DNA of 64,000 bases from a virus (IMGVR_UViG_3300042881_003883:19930-83929); one strand, 5' to 3'. Numbered from the stretch's first letter, positions 46,326 through 56,527 are shown. Notes: generated from the sequence alone by a model not told the origin. Program-made: numbers and translations.

Positions 46326-47159
46326 ATGGCTATTAATTTAGATGCAATTAGAGGTAGACTAAACAAACTACAAAACACTGGAAGTACAAAAAACAATCTT
46401 TGGAAACCAGCAAATGGTAAGACTCAAGTGAGAATCGTACCTTACAAGTTCAACAAAGAAAATCCTTTTATCGAACTTTATTTCCACTACAACATTAACA
46501 ACAAATCTTATCTATCTCCGATGTCTTTCGGAAGACCTGACCCAATTGTTGAGTTTGCTGACAAACTTAAACGAATGGGTGATAAGGAAGATTGGAAAGC
46601 TGCTAAGAAAATGGAACCGAAGTTGAGAACATTCGTACCTGTTATTGTAAGAGGTGAAGAAAACGAAGGAGTTAAATTTTGGGGATTTGGTAAGACGGTT
46701 TATCAGGAAATCTTAGGTTACATCGCTGACCCAGATTATGGAGATATTACCGACCCAACAACTGGTAGAGATATCACTATTGATTATGTATCAGCTGAAG
46801 ATGCAGGAACTTCTTATCCTGTAACTACAATTAGAGTTAAACCAACTCAAACTCCTATTTTGGAAGATTCTGAAAAATTGAAAGCAGCAATGGAAGGTCA
46901 AACTAACATTACTGATATCTATCAGGAACTTTCTTACGCTGAATTAAAAGGTGTATTAGAAGGGTGGTTGAATCCAACTGGTGATGAAGGTTCTGAATCA
47001 ACTTCACAATCAACATTATCAACACCGGCTCCGGCTCCACAATCGGCACCAGCAGCAGCTCCAATTAAAAATGAAGCATTCGCCGCTACACCAGCAGTTG
47101 AGGAACGTAAGAAAATGGATGATGTAGCATCAGCATTTGATGACTTATTCAACAACTAA
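46326..47159 (+). CDS. Single-stranded DNA-binding protein (T4 gp32-like)
   Basis: WKP..GKT.VRIVP, PFIEL.FHY, GVKFWGFGK, YGDITDP..GRD; acidic tail DDLFNN. Confidence 0.8.
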   Translation: MAINLDAIRGRLNKLQNTGSTKNNLWKPANGKTQVRIVPYKFNKENPFIELYFHYNINNKSYLSPMSFGRPDPIVEFADKLKRMGDKEDWKAAKKMEPKLRTFVPVIVRGEENEGVKFWGFGKTVYQEILGYIADPDYGDITDPTTGRDITIDYVSAEDAGTSYPVTTIRVKPTQTPILEDSEKLKAAMEGQTNITDIYQELSYAELKGVLEGWLNPTGDEGSESTSQSTLSTPAPAPQSAPAAAPIKNEAFAATPAVEERKKMDDVASAFDDLFNN

Positions 47160-47174
47160 AAACTAAAAAGTTAT

Positions 47175-48296
47175 ATGGCAAAAACATCGAAAGAGGTGGA
47201 TTTAGCAAGTGTTCTTGCTGATTCCCTAAACAAACAATCCAAAGACCAAAGAGTAGCATTCTTTTTGGATGCCGGAGATTCCCCAACCGACGTGAGTGGG
47301 TGGGTATCAACTGGAGCATCAATGCTAGATGTTGCCATTTCTAATCGACCTTATGGTGGATTACCTATTGGTAGAATCACCGAAATTACTGGACTTGAAC
47401 AATCTGGAAAATCATTAGTATCTGCTCACCTCCTTGCTGAAACACAAAAGCAAGGTGGTGTTGCGGTTCTAATAGATACCGAAAATGCGGTCAGTAGAGA
47501 GTTCTTACAGGCAATTGGAGTAGATGTATCTAAATTACTATATGTAGCGGCTGAGACAGTAGAACAATGTTTCGAATACACCGAAATCATTATTGAGAAA
47601 GTGCGAGTAGCATCGAAAGATAAACTCGTAACAATCGTAGTGGATTCAGTAGCAGCAGCATCAACTGAAAAGGAGATGGAAGCAGATTATGGTAAAGATG
47701 GATACGCAACCGATAAAGCAATTATTATCTCAAAGGCAATGCGTAAAATCACAAACTTAATTGGTAGACAGAAAATCACATTGGTTTTCACAAATCAATT
47801 AAGACAGAAGATGAACGCTATGCCATTCTCTGACCCTTGGACAACTTCTGGTGGTAAAGCAATCGCTTTCCACGCATCGGTTCGTTTAAGATTAAAGAGT
47901 ATGGGAACCATTAAGGCAAAGGAAAATGGTAACGATAGAATCGTAGGTATCAAAGTACGTTGTCAGGTTGTTAAAAATCGTATGGGTCCACCATTACGTT
48001 CCGCTGATTTCGATATCTTCTTTGATAGAGGAATCGATAACTATGGAGCATGGTTGGCGCAAATGAAAGAGCATGGTTTGGTAAAACAAACTGGTGCTTG
48101 GTATGAGTACACCGATATTGATACTGGTGAAATTATCAAATATCAATCTAAAGATTTCCCAAAATTATTACAAGATAATGACTCTATTAGAGAACAAATT
48201 TACAAAGGAATTTGTGAAGCAACAATCTTACAATATAAAAAGGATTCAATGGATACCGATAATTTGGTAGTAGATTCTGAGGTAATCGGGGATTAA
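47175..48296 (+). CDS. recA: RecA/UvsX recombinase
   Basis: Walker A GLEQSGKS; IVVDSVAA; FTNQLR; GGKAI.FHASVR; VKNRMGPP. Confidence 0.93.
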   Translation: MAKTSKEVDLASVLADSLNKQSKDQRVAFFLDAGDSPTDVSGWVSTGASMLDVAISNRPYGGLPIGRITEITGLEQSGKSLVSAHLLAETQKQGGVAVLIDTENAVSREFLQAIGVDVSKLLYVAAETVEQCFEYTEIIIEKVRVASKDKLVTIVVDSVAAASTEKEMEADYGKDGYATDKAIIISKAMRKITNLIGRQKITLVFTNQLRQKMNAMPFSDPWTTSGGKAIAFHASVRLRLKSMGTIKAKENGNDRIVGIKVRCQVVKNRMGPPLRSADFDIFFDRGIDNYGAWLAQMKEHGLVKQTGAWYEYTDIDTGEIIKYQSKDFPKLLQDNDSIREQIYKGICEATILQYKKDSMDTDNLVVDSEVIGD

Positions 48297-48313
48297 ATTA
48301 TAAAAAATATGTT

Positions 48314-48532
48314 ATGAGTAGATTGAAAGAAATGTTAAAAACAAGTGCACAAGCCGATAGAGCAAAAGCACTACTTACATTAGAATTATTAGAAAAGAAT
48401 CCAGCTGGAATTGGTGACCATTCTACAAATGATTTCTATAACAACGCTGAAGAAGCTCTTCAAATGTTGGTAGATGCAGATGATAGATTGAAAGCAATAG
48501 AAACTTATTTTAACTCTGATAAAACTAACTAA
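48314..48532 (+). CDS. Hypothetical protein
   Basis: 72-aa ORF with AGIGDH; its stop overlaps the next ATG. Confidence 0.6.
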   Translation: MSRLKEMLKTSAQADRAKALLTLELLEKNPAGIGDHSTNDFYNNAEEALQMLVDADDRLKAIETYFNSDKTN

Positions 48533-49578
48533 TGAAAGAACTCTATAAAGATATCCTCAATAAAGTGAGTGAGGAACACAAAACAAACCACCTAAGAGAG
48601 AGAAACAGTAGAGTTCTTATCATTGATGGACTTAATACCTTCATCCGTAGCTGGACAACTAATCCTACAATGAATGAGGATGGTGACCATACGGGTGGAG
48701 TTATTGGTTCATTAAAATCAATTGGATATCAAATCAGAGAATTCAACCCAACGAGAGTTATTGTAACTTTTGATGGTAAGAATGGTTCTGAATCCAGAAA
48801 GAAAATCCACGAAGGATATAAAGCTGGTAGAGAGAAGAATAGATTTAGAGTTAATCGCACCTATGGTGAGATGATGAGTGAAGAGGATGAACGATTATCA
48901 ATGAGGCAACAATTTGTATGGCTGAATGATATGTTGGATTATCTACCAGTTCAAACAATGATTTACGATGGAATTGAAGCAGATGATACTATTGCATATT
49001 TAACCCAATATACTCAAAATGAGTATGATGGTGAAGTTGTAATTGTTTCAACTGATAAAGATTTCCTACAATTAGTTTCTGATAAAGTTAGTGTATTTTC
49101 ACCAACTAAAAAGAAACTATATAATAGACAAGTTGTATTTGATGAATTTGAAATTTGGCCTGAAAATCTCCTATTATATCGTACATTAGATGGGGATAAG
49201 TCCGATAACATTCCGGGTATTAAAGGATGTGGTATCAAAACACTTCTTAAACGATTTCCTGAACTATCTGAAGATAGACTTATTACGCATGATGAATTGT
49301 TTCAAATGTGTGAAGGTAAATTGGGTAAAATCAAACTTTATAATGATATTTTAGAAGCAAGGGAACAACTCCTTATGAATAAGCGATTAATGGAGTTGAA
49401 AGAACCACATATACCAACAAATCAAAAGCTTAAGATAATTGATAGATTCAGAGAAGATGATGTTGCATTCAATAAATTAGAATTCCTTAAAGTTGGTAAC
49501 AAATATAAGGTTTTACAAAATTGGAGAGACATTAATGATTGGTTACAATCGACATTCCACAACATTATTATAAAATAA
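48532..49578 (+). CDS. 5'-3' exonuclease / RNase H (T4 rnh, PolI N-terminal family)
   Basis: LIIDGLN, TFDG, YKAGR, EADDTIA, STDKDFLQL, LDGDKSDNIPGIKGCG.KT. Confidence 0.92.
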   Translation: MKELYKDILNKVSEEHKTNHLRERNSRVLIIDGLNTFIRSWTTNPTMNEDGDHTGGVIGSLKSIGYQIREFNPTRVIVTFDGKNGSESRKKIHEGYKAGREKNRFRVNRTYGEMMSEEDERLSMRQQFVWLNDMLDYLPVQTMIYDGIEADDTIAYLTQYTQNEYDGEVVIVSTDKDFLQLVSDKVSVFSPTKKKLYNRQVVFDEFEIWPENLLLYRTLDGDKSDNIPGIKGCGIKTLLKRFPELSEDRLITHDELFQMCEGKLGKIKLYNDILEAREQLLMNKRLMELKEPHIPTNQKLKIIDRFREDDVAFNKLEFLKVGNKYKVLQNWRDINDWLQSTFHNIIIK

Positions 49579-49579
49579 A

Positions 49580-49611
49580 TTAGGTTTTATCACAAATTTT
49601 TTATATCTTTG
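49580..49611 (+). promoter_or_regulatory. Bacteroidota-type sigma70 promoter (variant)
   Basis: TTAG-N20-TATCTTTG. Confidence 0.6.
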
Positions 49612-49633
49612 TGGAAACAAATAGGTTATATAC

Positions 49634-50992
49634 ATGCAAAATACAGACACACTATCTAAATACGGACAATCATTTCAAACAAAAGTTTTATCTTGTTTGA
49701 TTGCTGATGTTCGTTTATTAGATACGCTCAGAGAGGTTATACATCCTAAGTTTTTTGAATCCGAAGCAAACAAATGGATTGTTGAGGAGATAATGGAATA
49801 TTATGATGATTTCAAACGTACACCATCATTAGATGTGTTTAAAGTTGAAATTTCAAAAATGGAAGATTCTGGAATGCAGAAACGAATTGTTGAACAACTT
49901 AAATTGGCATTTACCCAATTAGGTGATAATGACTTGGATTATGTAAAAAAAGAATTTTCTAACTTTTGCATCAATCAGAATCTTAAAGAAGCAATTGTAC
50001 AATCCGTTGATTTATTAAAAGCTGGTTCTTATGATAGAATTAAAGATTTAGTAGATAAAGCAATGAAAGTTGGAGTTGATACTGATTTGGGTTTAGATTA
50101 CGTTTTAGATTTTGAAGAACGTAGTGAAGATTTAAATAGAACAACTGTACCAACTTCTTGGGATTGTATTAATGGGTTAATGGATGGTGGATTAGGACCC
50201 GGTGAATTGGGAGTAATAGTTGCACCATCAGGAGTTGGTAAAACTTGGGTACTATGTGCACTTGGAGCGGCTGCTGTGAAAGCTGGAATGAATGTAGTAC
50301 ATTATTCATTAGAATTATCCGAACATTATGTAGGACAGCGATATGATACTGTATTCACACAAATCCCATCTGGGGATTTAAAAAATAGAAAAGAGGATGT
50401 ACTTCAAAAGATTAAAAAACTAAAAGGTAGATTACTCATTAAGTATTTTCCACCAAAGGGTATATCAGCTAGAAACATCGAATCTCACATTGAAAAGATG
50501 ACTGCTGCGGGTAATAAACCGGATTTAGTTATTATTGATTACGCTGATTTACTACTCTCTACTACAAACAAATCAGAATCAACTTATGGTGAGCAAGGTG
50601 GTGTTTATATTGAACTAAGAGGAATGGGTGGTATGTTAGGAATACCCGTTTGGACAGCATCTCAAACCAATCGTTCGGCAATTGATAGTGAAGTTATTGA
50701 AGCTGATAAAGTGGCTGATTCATACGCTAAAGTTATGAACGCAGATTTCATTATGAGTATCAGTAGAAAATCTAAAGATAAATTAAACAACACCGCTAGA
50801 TTTCACGTGATGAAGAATAGATTCGGACCGGATGGATTAACATTCCCATCTAAAATGGATACTAATATTGGTTCAATTGAAGTATTTGAAGCATCATCAT
50901 CTGATGGAATTATTACATCAAAAGAAAGTAATGATGGGGCGATTATGGAGAAGAAATTATTACATAAAAAATATGTAGATAACTTTGGATAA
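49634..50992 (+). CDS. dnaB: Replicative helicase (DnaB / T4 gp41-like)
   Basis: Walker A APSGVGKT; SLEL; IIDYADL; WTASQTNR; KNRFG. Confidence 0.92.
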   Translation: MQNTDTLSKYGQSFQTKVLSCLIADVRLLDTLREVIHPKFFESEANKWIVEEIMEYYDDFKRTPSLDVFKVEISKMEDSGMQKRIVEQLKLAFTQLGDNDLDYVKKEFSNFCINQNLKEAIVQSVDLLKAGSYDRIKDLVDKAMKVGVDTDLGLDYVLDFEERSEDLNRTTVPTSWDCINGLMDGGLGPGELGVIVAPSGVGKTWVLCALGAAAVKAGMNVVHYSLELSEHYVGQRYDTVFTQIPSGDLKNRKEDVLQKIKKLKGRLLIKYFPPKGISARNIESHIEKMTAAGNKPDLVIIDYADLLLSTTNKSESTYGEQGGVYIELRGMGGMLGIPVWTASQTNRSAIDSEVIEADKVADSYAKVMNADFIMSISRKSKDKLNNTARFHVMKNRFGPDGLTFPSKMDTNIGSIEVFEASSSDGIITSKESNDGAIMEKKLLHKKYVDNFG

Positions 50993-51147
50993 TACTCAAT
51001 CAATCAATATGTGGTATGTAAAAATACCAAACAAAAAAATAAAAAAATTAACTTTGTAAATTGAATTCTTTTTCAATATATACAATAGTTATAATCACCC
51101 AACTGAAAAAATGGTTGGACTTAACAATTAAAAACAAAATAAAGATT

Positions 51148-51318
51148 ATGGCAAATTCGCAAGAAATTTTCGAACAAATTAAAGAGTTATACACTCAATT
51201 TGAAAAAGAGCACAATGGTACAACCAAAGCTGCTAAATCAAGAGCTAGAAAAGCTATTGGTGAGATTAAAAAATTGGTAACTGATTATAGAAAAGTATCC
51301 ATAGAGGAAACTAAATAA
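51148..51318 (+). CDS. Histone H1-like Hc1-family nucleoid protein
   Basis: Likely start MANSQEIF at 51148; KAAKSRARKAIGEIKKLVTDYRKVS matches the Bacteroidota Hc1-like pattern KAAG.RARK...EL.KL....RK.S as I recall it. Confidence 0.7.
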   Translation: MANSQEIFEQIKELYTQFEKEHNGTTKAAKSRARKAIGEIKKLVTDYRKVSIEETK

Positions 51319-51331
51319 TAGAGTTAAAACT

Positions 51332-52327
51332 ATGAGCAAATTATTTACTGAAAGAATACCCTACAAACCATTTGAATTTCCAGTGTATTATGAAGAAGGC
51401 TGGTTAAAACAAGCTCAGGCATTTTGGTTACATACTGAAATCTCAATGCAGGGTGATGTTAAAGATTGGAATGAAAATCTTACATCTGATGAAAAACATT
51501 TGGTTGGTAACATTCTATTGGGTTTTGCTCAAACTGAATGTGCTGTATCTGATTATTGGACTACGATGGTAACCAAATGGTTTCCAAAGCATGAAATTAA
51601 GCAGATGGCTATGATGTTTGGTTCACAAGAAACAATTCATGCAACCGCATATTCATATCTAAATGAAACATTAGGGTTAGATGATTTCTCAGCATTTTTG
51701 CACGAACCTGCAGTTGCTGAGAAATTCCAACTCTTAACTTCTACTACAGCTGATTGGACACATAACGATTTGGAAACAAATCCGATAGCAAGACAGGAAG
51801 TAGCAAGAAGTTTGGCAATCTTTTCAGCATTCGCTGAAGGAGTATCGCTCTATTCATCATTTGCGGTTCTATATTCGTTCCAAATGAGAAATCTATTGAA
51901 AGGTATAGGACAACAAATGAAATGGTCTGTAAGGGATGAATCCTTACATTCTAAGATGGGTTGTCAATTGTTCAATCATATGTGTGAAGAGTTTCCTGAA
52001 TTAAAGGAAGCTAGTAAAGAATCAATCGAAGAAGCAGCTAAACTAATCGTAGAATTAGAATCTCATTTTATTGATAAGATGTTTGAAAATGGTGATTTAG
52101 AAAATCTAAAATCATCAGATTTGAAAGAATTTATTAAAGCGAGAACAAATACCAAACTTAGAGAATTAGGTTATGATGGTATTTTCGAATTCAACTCTAA
52201 GAAAGCTGATAATTTAGAATGGTTCTATCACTTAACTGGTGGTACTACACATACTGATTTCTTCGCTATTAGACCTACTGATTATTCAAAGGCTAATGAA
52301 GGGGAAGATTGGGGAGATTTATTTTAA
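51332..52327 (+). CDS. nrdB: Ribonucleotide reductase class I beta subunit
   Basis: FWLHTEI, FAQTE, QETIHATAY, AEGVSLYSSF, RDESLH, TDFF tail. Confidence 0.95.
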   Translation: MSKLFTERIPYKPFEFPVYYEEGWLKQAQAFWLHTEISMQGDVKDWNENLTSDEKHLVGNILLGFAQTECAVSDYWTTMVTKWFPKHEIKQMAMMFGSQETIHATAYSYLNETLGLDDFSAFLHEPAVAEKFQLLTSTTADWTHNDLETNPIARQEVARSLAIFSAFAEGVSLYSSFAVLYSFQMRNLLKGIGQQMKWSVRDESLHSKMGCQLFNHMCEEFPELKEASKESIEEAAKLIVELESHFIDKMFENGDLENLKSSDLKEFIKARTNTKLRELGYDGIFEFNSKKADNLEWFYHLTGGTTHTDFFAIRPTDYSKANEGEDWGDLF

Positions 52328-52333
52328 TAAACA

Positions 52334-52365
52334 TTAGGTTTAATCAAATAAATTTCGTATATTTG
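52334..52365 (+). promoter_or_regulatory. Bacteroidota-type sigma70 promoter (variant)
   Basis: TTAG-N20-TATATTTG; the ATG follows 4 nt later. Confidence 0.7.
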
Positions 52366-52369
52366 TAGT

Positions 52370-52783
52370 ATGAGTACATTCACATATTTAAATAATTGCA
52401 TCAAAACTGATATTGCACCAAGCCCAATACATGGAATTGGTACATTTGCTCTTAGAGATATCAAAGCCGGTGAATCATTATTTGAAAGATGGGATGGGGA
52501 AACTGGAACATATACAATAACCCATTTAGAATTTGAACAACTACCAATATATGTTAAACGCATAATACTTAAATCATACGAAAATAAAAGGGGTGAATAC
52601 CCCTTTGTATGGTTTAAATTATATAATGATGGATATTTTAATTTAGTAAATCCATTGGCATATACAAACACATTAGGTGTTGAAAGGGCTAACTTCAACA
52701 CTCAAAATAAAATAGCAATTACACACATTAAAGCAGGTGAAGAATTATTCGGAACCTACGATTTAGATAGCACAATATTATGA
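52370..52783 (+). CDS. SET-domain protein (degenerate NH motif)
   Basis: SPIHGIGTFALRDIKAGE...AITHIKAGEELFGTY. Confidence 0.75.
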   Translation: MSTFTYLNNCIKTDIAPSPIHGIGTFALRDIKAGESLFERWDGETGTYTITHLEFEQLPIYVKRIILKSYENKRGEYPFVWFKLYNDGYFNLVNPLAYTNTLGVERANFNTQNKIAITHIKAGEELFGTYDLDSTIL

Positions 52784-53088
52784 ATTTTGATGAATTAATA
52801 CAAAACGTAAAAGGATGGGCTGATGCTAAGGATATCCTAAAAGCAGAAAACGCACCCAAACAATTGATGAAAGTGATGGAAGAGTTGGGTGAAACCGCTG
52901 GAGCAATCGCAAAGAACAAAAAAACAGAAGAAATCCAAGATGGGATTGGTGATACATTTGTAACATTAATCATATTAGCATATCAGTTGGGATTAGAACC
53001 AGCTGAATGTTTAGAGCATGCTTGGAATGAAATTAAGAATAGAAAAGGAAATACTGTTAATGGTGTTTTCATAAAAGAAGAGAATTAA
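52780..53088 (+). CDS. mazG: MazG-like nucleotide pyrophosphatase
   Basis: KVMEELGETAGAI...EEIQDGIGDTFVTLIILA. Confidence 0.85.
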   Translation: MNFDELIQNVKGWADAKDILKAENAPKQLMKVMEELGETAGAIAKNKKTEEIQDGIGDTFVTLIILAYQLGLEPAECLEHAWNEIKNRKGNTVNGVFIKEEN

Positions 53089-53089
53089 A

Positions 53090-54871
53090 ATGGCTAAAAA
53101 TTACGGAGAAGATTTAGGTTGGGAATTGGGAGTAGATTTTCCAGAATGGGGAAATACCGAAATCTATGTAAAAACTATTAGTAAAGGGTATTTGCTAGCT
53201 GGAGAGAAACCAAAAGATGCATATTGGAGAGTTTCTACTAAAGTAGCACAACGATTAAACAAACCACAATTGGCATCAAAGTTTTTTGATTACATTTGGA
53301 AAGGTTGGTTAAACTTGGCTACACCTGTTTTATCAAACACTGGAACTGATAGGGGTTTACCTATATCTTGTTTCGGAATTGATGTAGCTGATTCAATATT
53401 TGATATTGGTACTAAGAATTTAGAACTAATGTTATTAGCAAAACATGGTGGTGGGGTTGGAATTGGTATTAATCAAATTAGACCAGCTGGAGCACAAATT
53501 ACTGGAAATGGAACATCTGATGGTGTAATTCCATTTACAAAAATCTATGATTCAACCATACTTGCCACAAATCAGGGTTCAGTTCGTAGGGGAGCAGCAT
53601 CTGTTAACCTAAACATTGACCATAAAGATTTTGAAGATTGGTTAGAGATTAGAGAACCAAAAGGTGATGTAAATCGCCAATCACTTAACCTACACCAATG
53701 TGCAGTAGTAGGTGATAAGTTTATGAGAAAGTTGGAAAACGGAGATGAAGAAGCTCGTAGAAAATGGGGTAAATTACTTCAGAAACGTAAAGCAACTGGA
53801 GAACCTTATATTATGTTTAAGGGTAATGTTAATAAACAAAACCCAGAGATGTACAAAGTTAATGGATTGAAAGTTCATATGACAAACATATGTTCTGAAA
53901 TCGCTCTTCATACTGATGAATCACATTCATTTGTATGTTGTTTATCATCTTTAAACTTAGCTAAGTACGATGAGTGGAAAGATACTGATTTAGTATATAC
54001 CGCAACTTGGTTTTTAGATGGAGTTCTTTCAGAATTTATCCAAAAAGCTAAAAACTTAAAAGGATTTGAAAACTCAGTTCGTTCTGCTGAAAAAGGTAGA
54101 GCATTGGGATTAGGTGTATTAGGATGGCACACTTATTTACAACAAAGGGGTATTCCATTTGAAGGAATGATTGCACAATTTGAAACTCGTAAGATTTTCT
54201 CTCAATTAAAGATTGAATCTGAAAGAGCAAGTAGAGATATGGCAGTTGAATTGGGTGAACCTTTATGGTGTAGAGATAGTGGGTTTAGAAATACACACTT
54301 AAGAGCAATTGCACCAACGGTATCAAACTCTAAATTGAGTGGTGATGTATCTGCTGGTATTGAACCTTGGGCAGCTAACGTATTTACGGAACAAACTGCT
54401 AAAGGAACTTTTATTCGTAAGAATGGTGAATTGGAAAGGGTTTTTAAAAAAATAGGAATCAATACAAAAGAAATTTGGGATAAAATTATGGCAGATGGAG
54501 GTTCAATTCAGGATATTAATGAATTGAATGAATGGAGATTCTTAAATGGTAAAGTATTAAAGAAAGAAGATATATCTGAATTAGATTACGAAAAATCATT
54601 TAATATTAAGGATGTATTTAAAACATTCAAAGAAATAAATCAATTAGAATTGGTTAGACAAGCTGGAATTAGACAGCAGTATATTGACCAAGCGGTTTCA
54701 TTAAATTTGGCATTCCCATCTACCGCAACACCAAAATGGATACATACTGTAAGTATGGAAGCATGGAAGCAAGGTGTTAAAACACTTTATTATATGAGAA
54801 CTGAATCAGTACTCAGAGGTGATATTGCTGATAGAGCAATGGATATTGATTGCTTGAGTTGTGATGGATAG
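53090..54871 (+). CDS. nrdA: Ribonucleotide reductase class I alpha subunit
   Basis: ATPVLSN, ISCF, GGGVG, TNICSEI, CCLSSLNL, AIAPTVSNS, KTLYY, C-terminal CLSCDG; no ATP-cone apparent. Confidence 0.95.
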   Translation: MAKNYGEDLGWELGVDFPEWGNTEIYVKTISKGYLLAGEKPKDAYWRVSTKVAQRLNKPQLASKFFDYIWKGWLNLATPVLSNTGTDRGLPISCFGIDVADSIFDIGTKNLELMLLAKHGGGVGIGINQIRPAGAQITGNGTSDGVIPFTKIYDSTILATNQGSVRRGAASVNLNIDHKDFEDWLEIREPKGDVNRQSLNLHQCAVVGDKFMRKLENGDEEARRKWGKLLQKRKATGEPYIMFKGNVNKQNPEMYKVNGLKVHMTNICSEIALHTDESHSFVCCLSSLNLAKYDEWKDTDLVYTATWFLDGVLSEFIQKAKNLKGFENSVRSAEKGRALGLGVLGWHTYLQQRGIPFEGMIAQFETRKIFSQLKIESERASRDMAVELGEPLWCRDSGFRNTHLRAIAPTVSNSKLSGDVSAGIEPWAANVFTEQTAKGTFIRKNGELERVFKKIGINTKEIWDKIMADGGSIQDINELNEWRFLNGKVLKKEDISELDYEKSFNIKDVFKTFKEINQLELVRQAGIRQQYIDQAVSLNLAFPSTATPKWIHTVSMEAWKQGVKTLYYMRTESVLRGDIADRAMDIDCLSCDG

Positions 54872-54896
54872 AATAAACAATTAAAACAAAAAGAAG

Positions 54897-55160
54897 ATGT
54901 TAGAAGTAAAGAAATTTTATGGAACTTGGTGTGGACCGTGTAAAATGTTAACACCAACGATTGAACGATTAAAAGAACAACATAGTGATGTTACTTTTAG
55001 AGATATTGATGTTGATAAAGATTTTGAGGCAGCATCTCAATACTCAGTTCGTAGTATTCCATTAGTGGTTATTGAAAAAAACGGAAAAGAAGTACAACGA
55101 TTTTCTGGAGTTCAATCTGAAATGGCATATACAAACGCAATTAATGAATGGAAAAATTAA
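54897..55160 (+). CDS. trxA: Thioredoxin
   Basis: WCGPCK active site; VRSIP. Confidence 0.92.
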   Translation: MLEVKKFYGTWCGPCKMLTPTIERLKEQHSDVTFRDIDVDKDFEAASQYSVRSIPLVVIEKNGKEVQRFSGVQSEMAYTNAINEWKN

Positions 55161-55169
55161 TATAAAAAA

Positions 55170-55373
55170 ATGCCAATACTAAGAGGTCAGTCTCACCCGT
55201 CATCAAAATTGACAGATGAGCAGGTTATACAAATAAGAAGGTTATGGAAAATGGGACACCGAAATGTTAGAGTAATTGCTCAAAACAACAAATGTTCCTC
55301 AGCCAATATTCTAAGAATTGTGAGAAATGAGACATGGACACACTTAAATGAATTTTGGACTGGTAGTTTATGA
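55170..55373 (+). CDS. Small stand-alone HTH protein (HNH-endonuclease C-terminal type)
   Basis: RGQSHPSSKLTDEQVIQIR...IAQ..KCS...I..IVRNETW; ATGA overlap with the next gene. Confidence 0.6.
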   Translation: MPILRGQSHPSSKLTDEQVIQIRRLWKMGHRNVRVIAQNNKCSSANILRIVRNETWTHLNEFWTGSL

Positions 55374-56137
55374 AAGAAAACAAACAATATTGCGATACTT
55401 CAAAGCTATCAATTAGATTAATAACCAAATCGGTAGCAAAGGATATTATAGTAAACAATCATTATAGTGGTTTGTGGACTAAAGTATCCTATGCTATTGG
55501 TTTATTTACCTCTGAAGTAGAAGAGCATACATTCTTTAGTAATGTAGAAGATAAATTAATTGGAGTTGCTTGTTATGGTGACCCAATAGGTAGAAGTGCT
55601 GGGCAATCAATTACACCCCTATTAGAACGGGATGAGGTATTAGAATTAACTCGATTATTTGTATTTGATGGTTATGGTTCTAATATTGAAAGTTGGTTCC
55701 TATCTCAAACATTTGATTGGTTAAGAGAAAATGTACCAAACATTAAAGCACTAATATCATATTCAGACCCGAAAGAAGGACATTGTGGTACTATATATCA
55801 AGCCACAAATTGGTTGTATCAGGGTAACAAACTAAGATTTAACGATAGTTGGGATTTTCGATGGGAAGAAGATGGTGATTGGCACCACCAACGAACATCT
55901 TATGTCAAATTTGGAACTAACAATCCAACTGAAATCCAAAAGATAGCATCATCTACGTTTTGGATACGAAAGAACCCAAGAAAACATAGATATGTGTATA
56001 TTCTCTCAAAAGGTGGCGAACGTAGGAAACTTATGAAAACCATAAAGCACCCATTATTCCCATATCCAAAGGAAAATGAGGAATTTATAGAACAAATTAC
56101 AAAAATGGAACCGATTAATTTGGAAATATCAAATTAA
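55370..56137 (+). CDS. Mom-like DNA-modification protein, copy 1
   Basis: IIVNNHYS, LIGVACYG.P, LELTRL, ESWFLS, LISYSD...H.GTIYQATNWLYQG. Confidence 0.75.
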   Translation: MKENKQYCDTSKLSIRLITKSVAKDIIVNNHYSGLWTKVSYAIGLFTSEVEEHTFFSNVEDKLIGVACYGDPIGRSAGQSITPLLERDEVLELTRLFVFDGYGSNIESWFLSQTFDWLRENVPNIKALISYSDPKEGHCGTIYQATNWLYQGNKLRFNDSWDFRWEEDGDWHHQRTSYVKFGTNNPTEIQKIASSTFWIRKNPRKHRYVYILSKGGERRKLMKTIKHPLFPYPKENEEFIEQITKMEPINLEISN

Positions 56138-56150
56138 TTTCGTATATTTG
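56119..56150 (+). promoter_or_regulatory. Bacteroidota-type sigma70 promoter
   Basis: TTTG-N20-TATATTTG. Confidence 0.75.
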
Positions 56151-56167
56151 TTTTATAAATTAAATAT

Positions 56168-56371
56168 ATGGCTAGGAAACCTATAAAGTTTTTTCCACTA
56201 ACAAATGAGTTAAGGGAACTTTTGAAACTTATAAAGACTATTGGTGGAGATTATCCACATCAACAATTAGTTGATTTCACATTACGTTCAGGTCATTACC
56301 ACCCAAAAGATAAGGTGTGGTTAAACAAAGTAAGAGAGCATTATATTAATACAACAATCAAATTAAATTAG
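56168..56371 (+). CDS. Hypothetical protein (67 aa)
   Basis: ORF directly behind a promoter. Confidence 0.55.
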   Translation: MARKPIKFFPLTNELRELLKLIKTIGGDYPHQQLVDFTLRSGHYHPKDKVWLNKVREHYINTTIKLN

Positions 56372-56373
56372 TT

Positions 56374-56526
56374 ATGACAGCAGAGGAGCAAATTGAAGAA
56401 ATCTTAATGGAGGCATCCGCATTTGGTTTACGTTTTGAAGTAATAGAAACTGCAAAACAATATCAATCTGAAGGAGTGGATAAGGTAACCGCATTTGAAA
56501 ACGCATTTAATGAGTGGGTAAAGTAA
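56374..56526 (+). CDS. Hypothetical protein (50 aa; below the ORF-track cutoff)
   Basis: MTAEEQIEEILMEASAFGLRFEVIETAKQYQSEGVDKVTAFENAFNEWVK*; fills the gap exactly. Confidence 0.6.
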   Translation: MTAEEQIEEILMEASAFGLRFEVIETAKQYQSEGVDKVTAFENAFNEWVK

Positions 56527-56527
56527 A

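Noticed and set aside
33446-51147. ORF-track starts at 33446, 41160, 42400, 42854 and 51061
   Set aside because: They overlap upstream genes or promoter motifs; ATGs at 33536, 41205, 42424, 42875 and 51148 give clean signal peptides or leaders.
55170-55373. Active HNH homing endonuclease
   Set aside because: Only the C-terminal DNA-binding part is present; no HNH catalytic motif.
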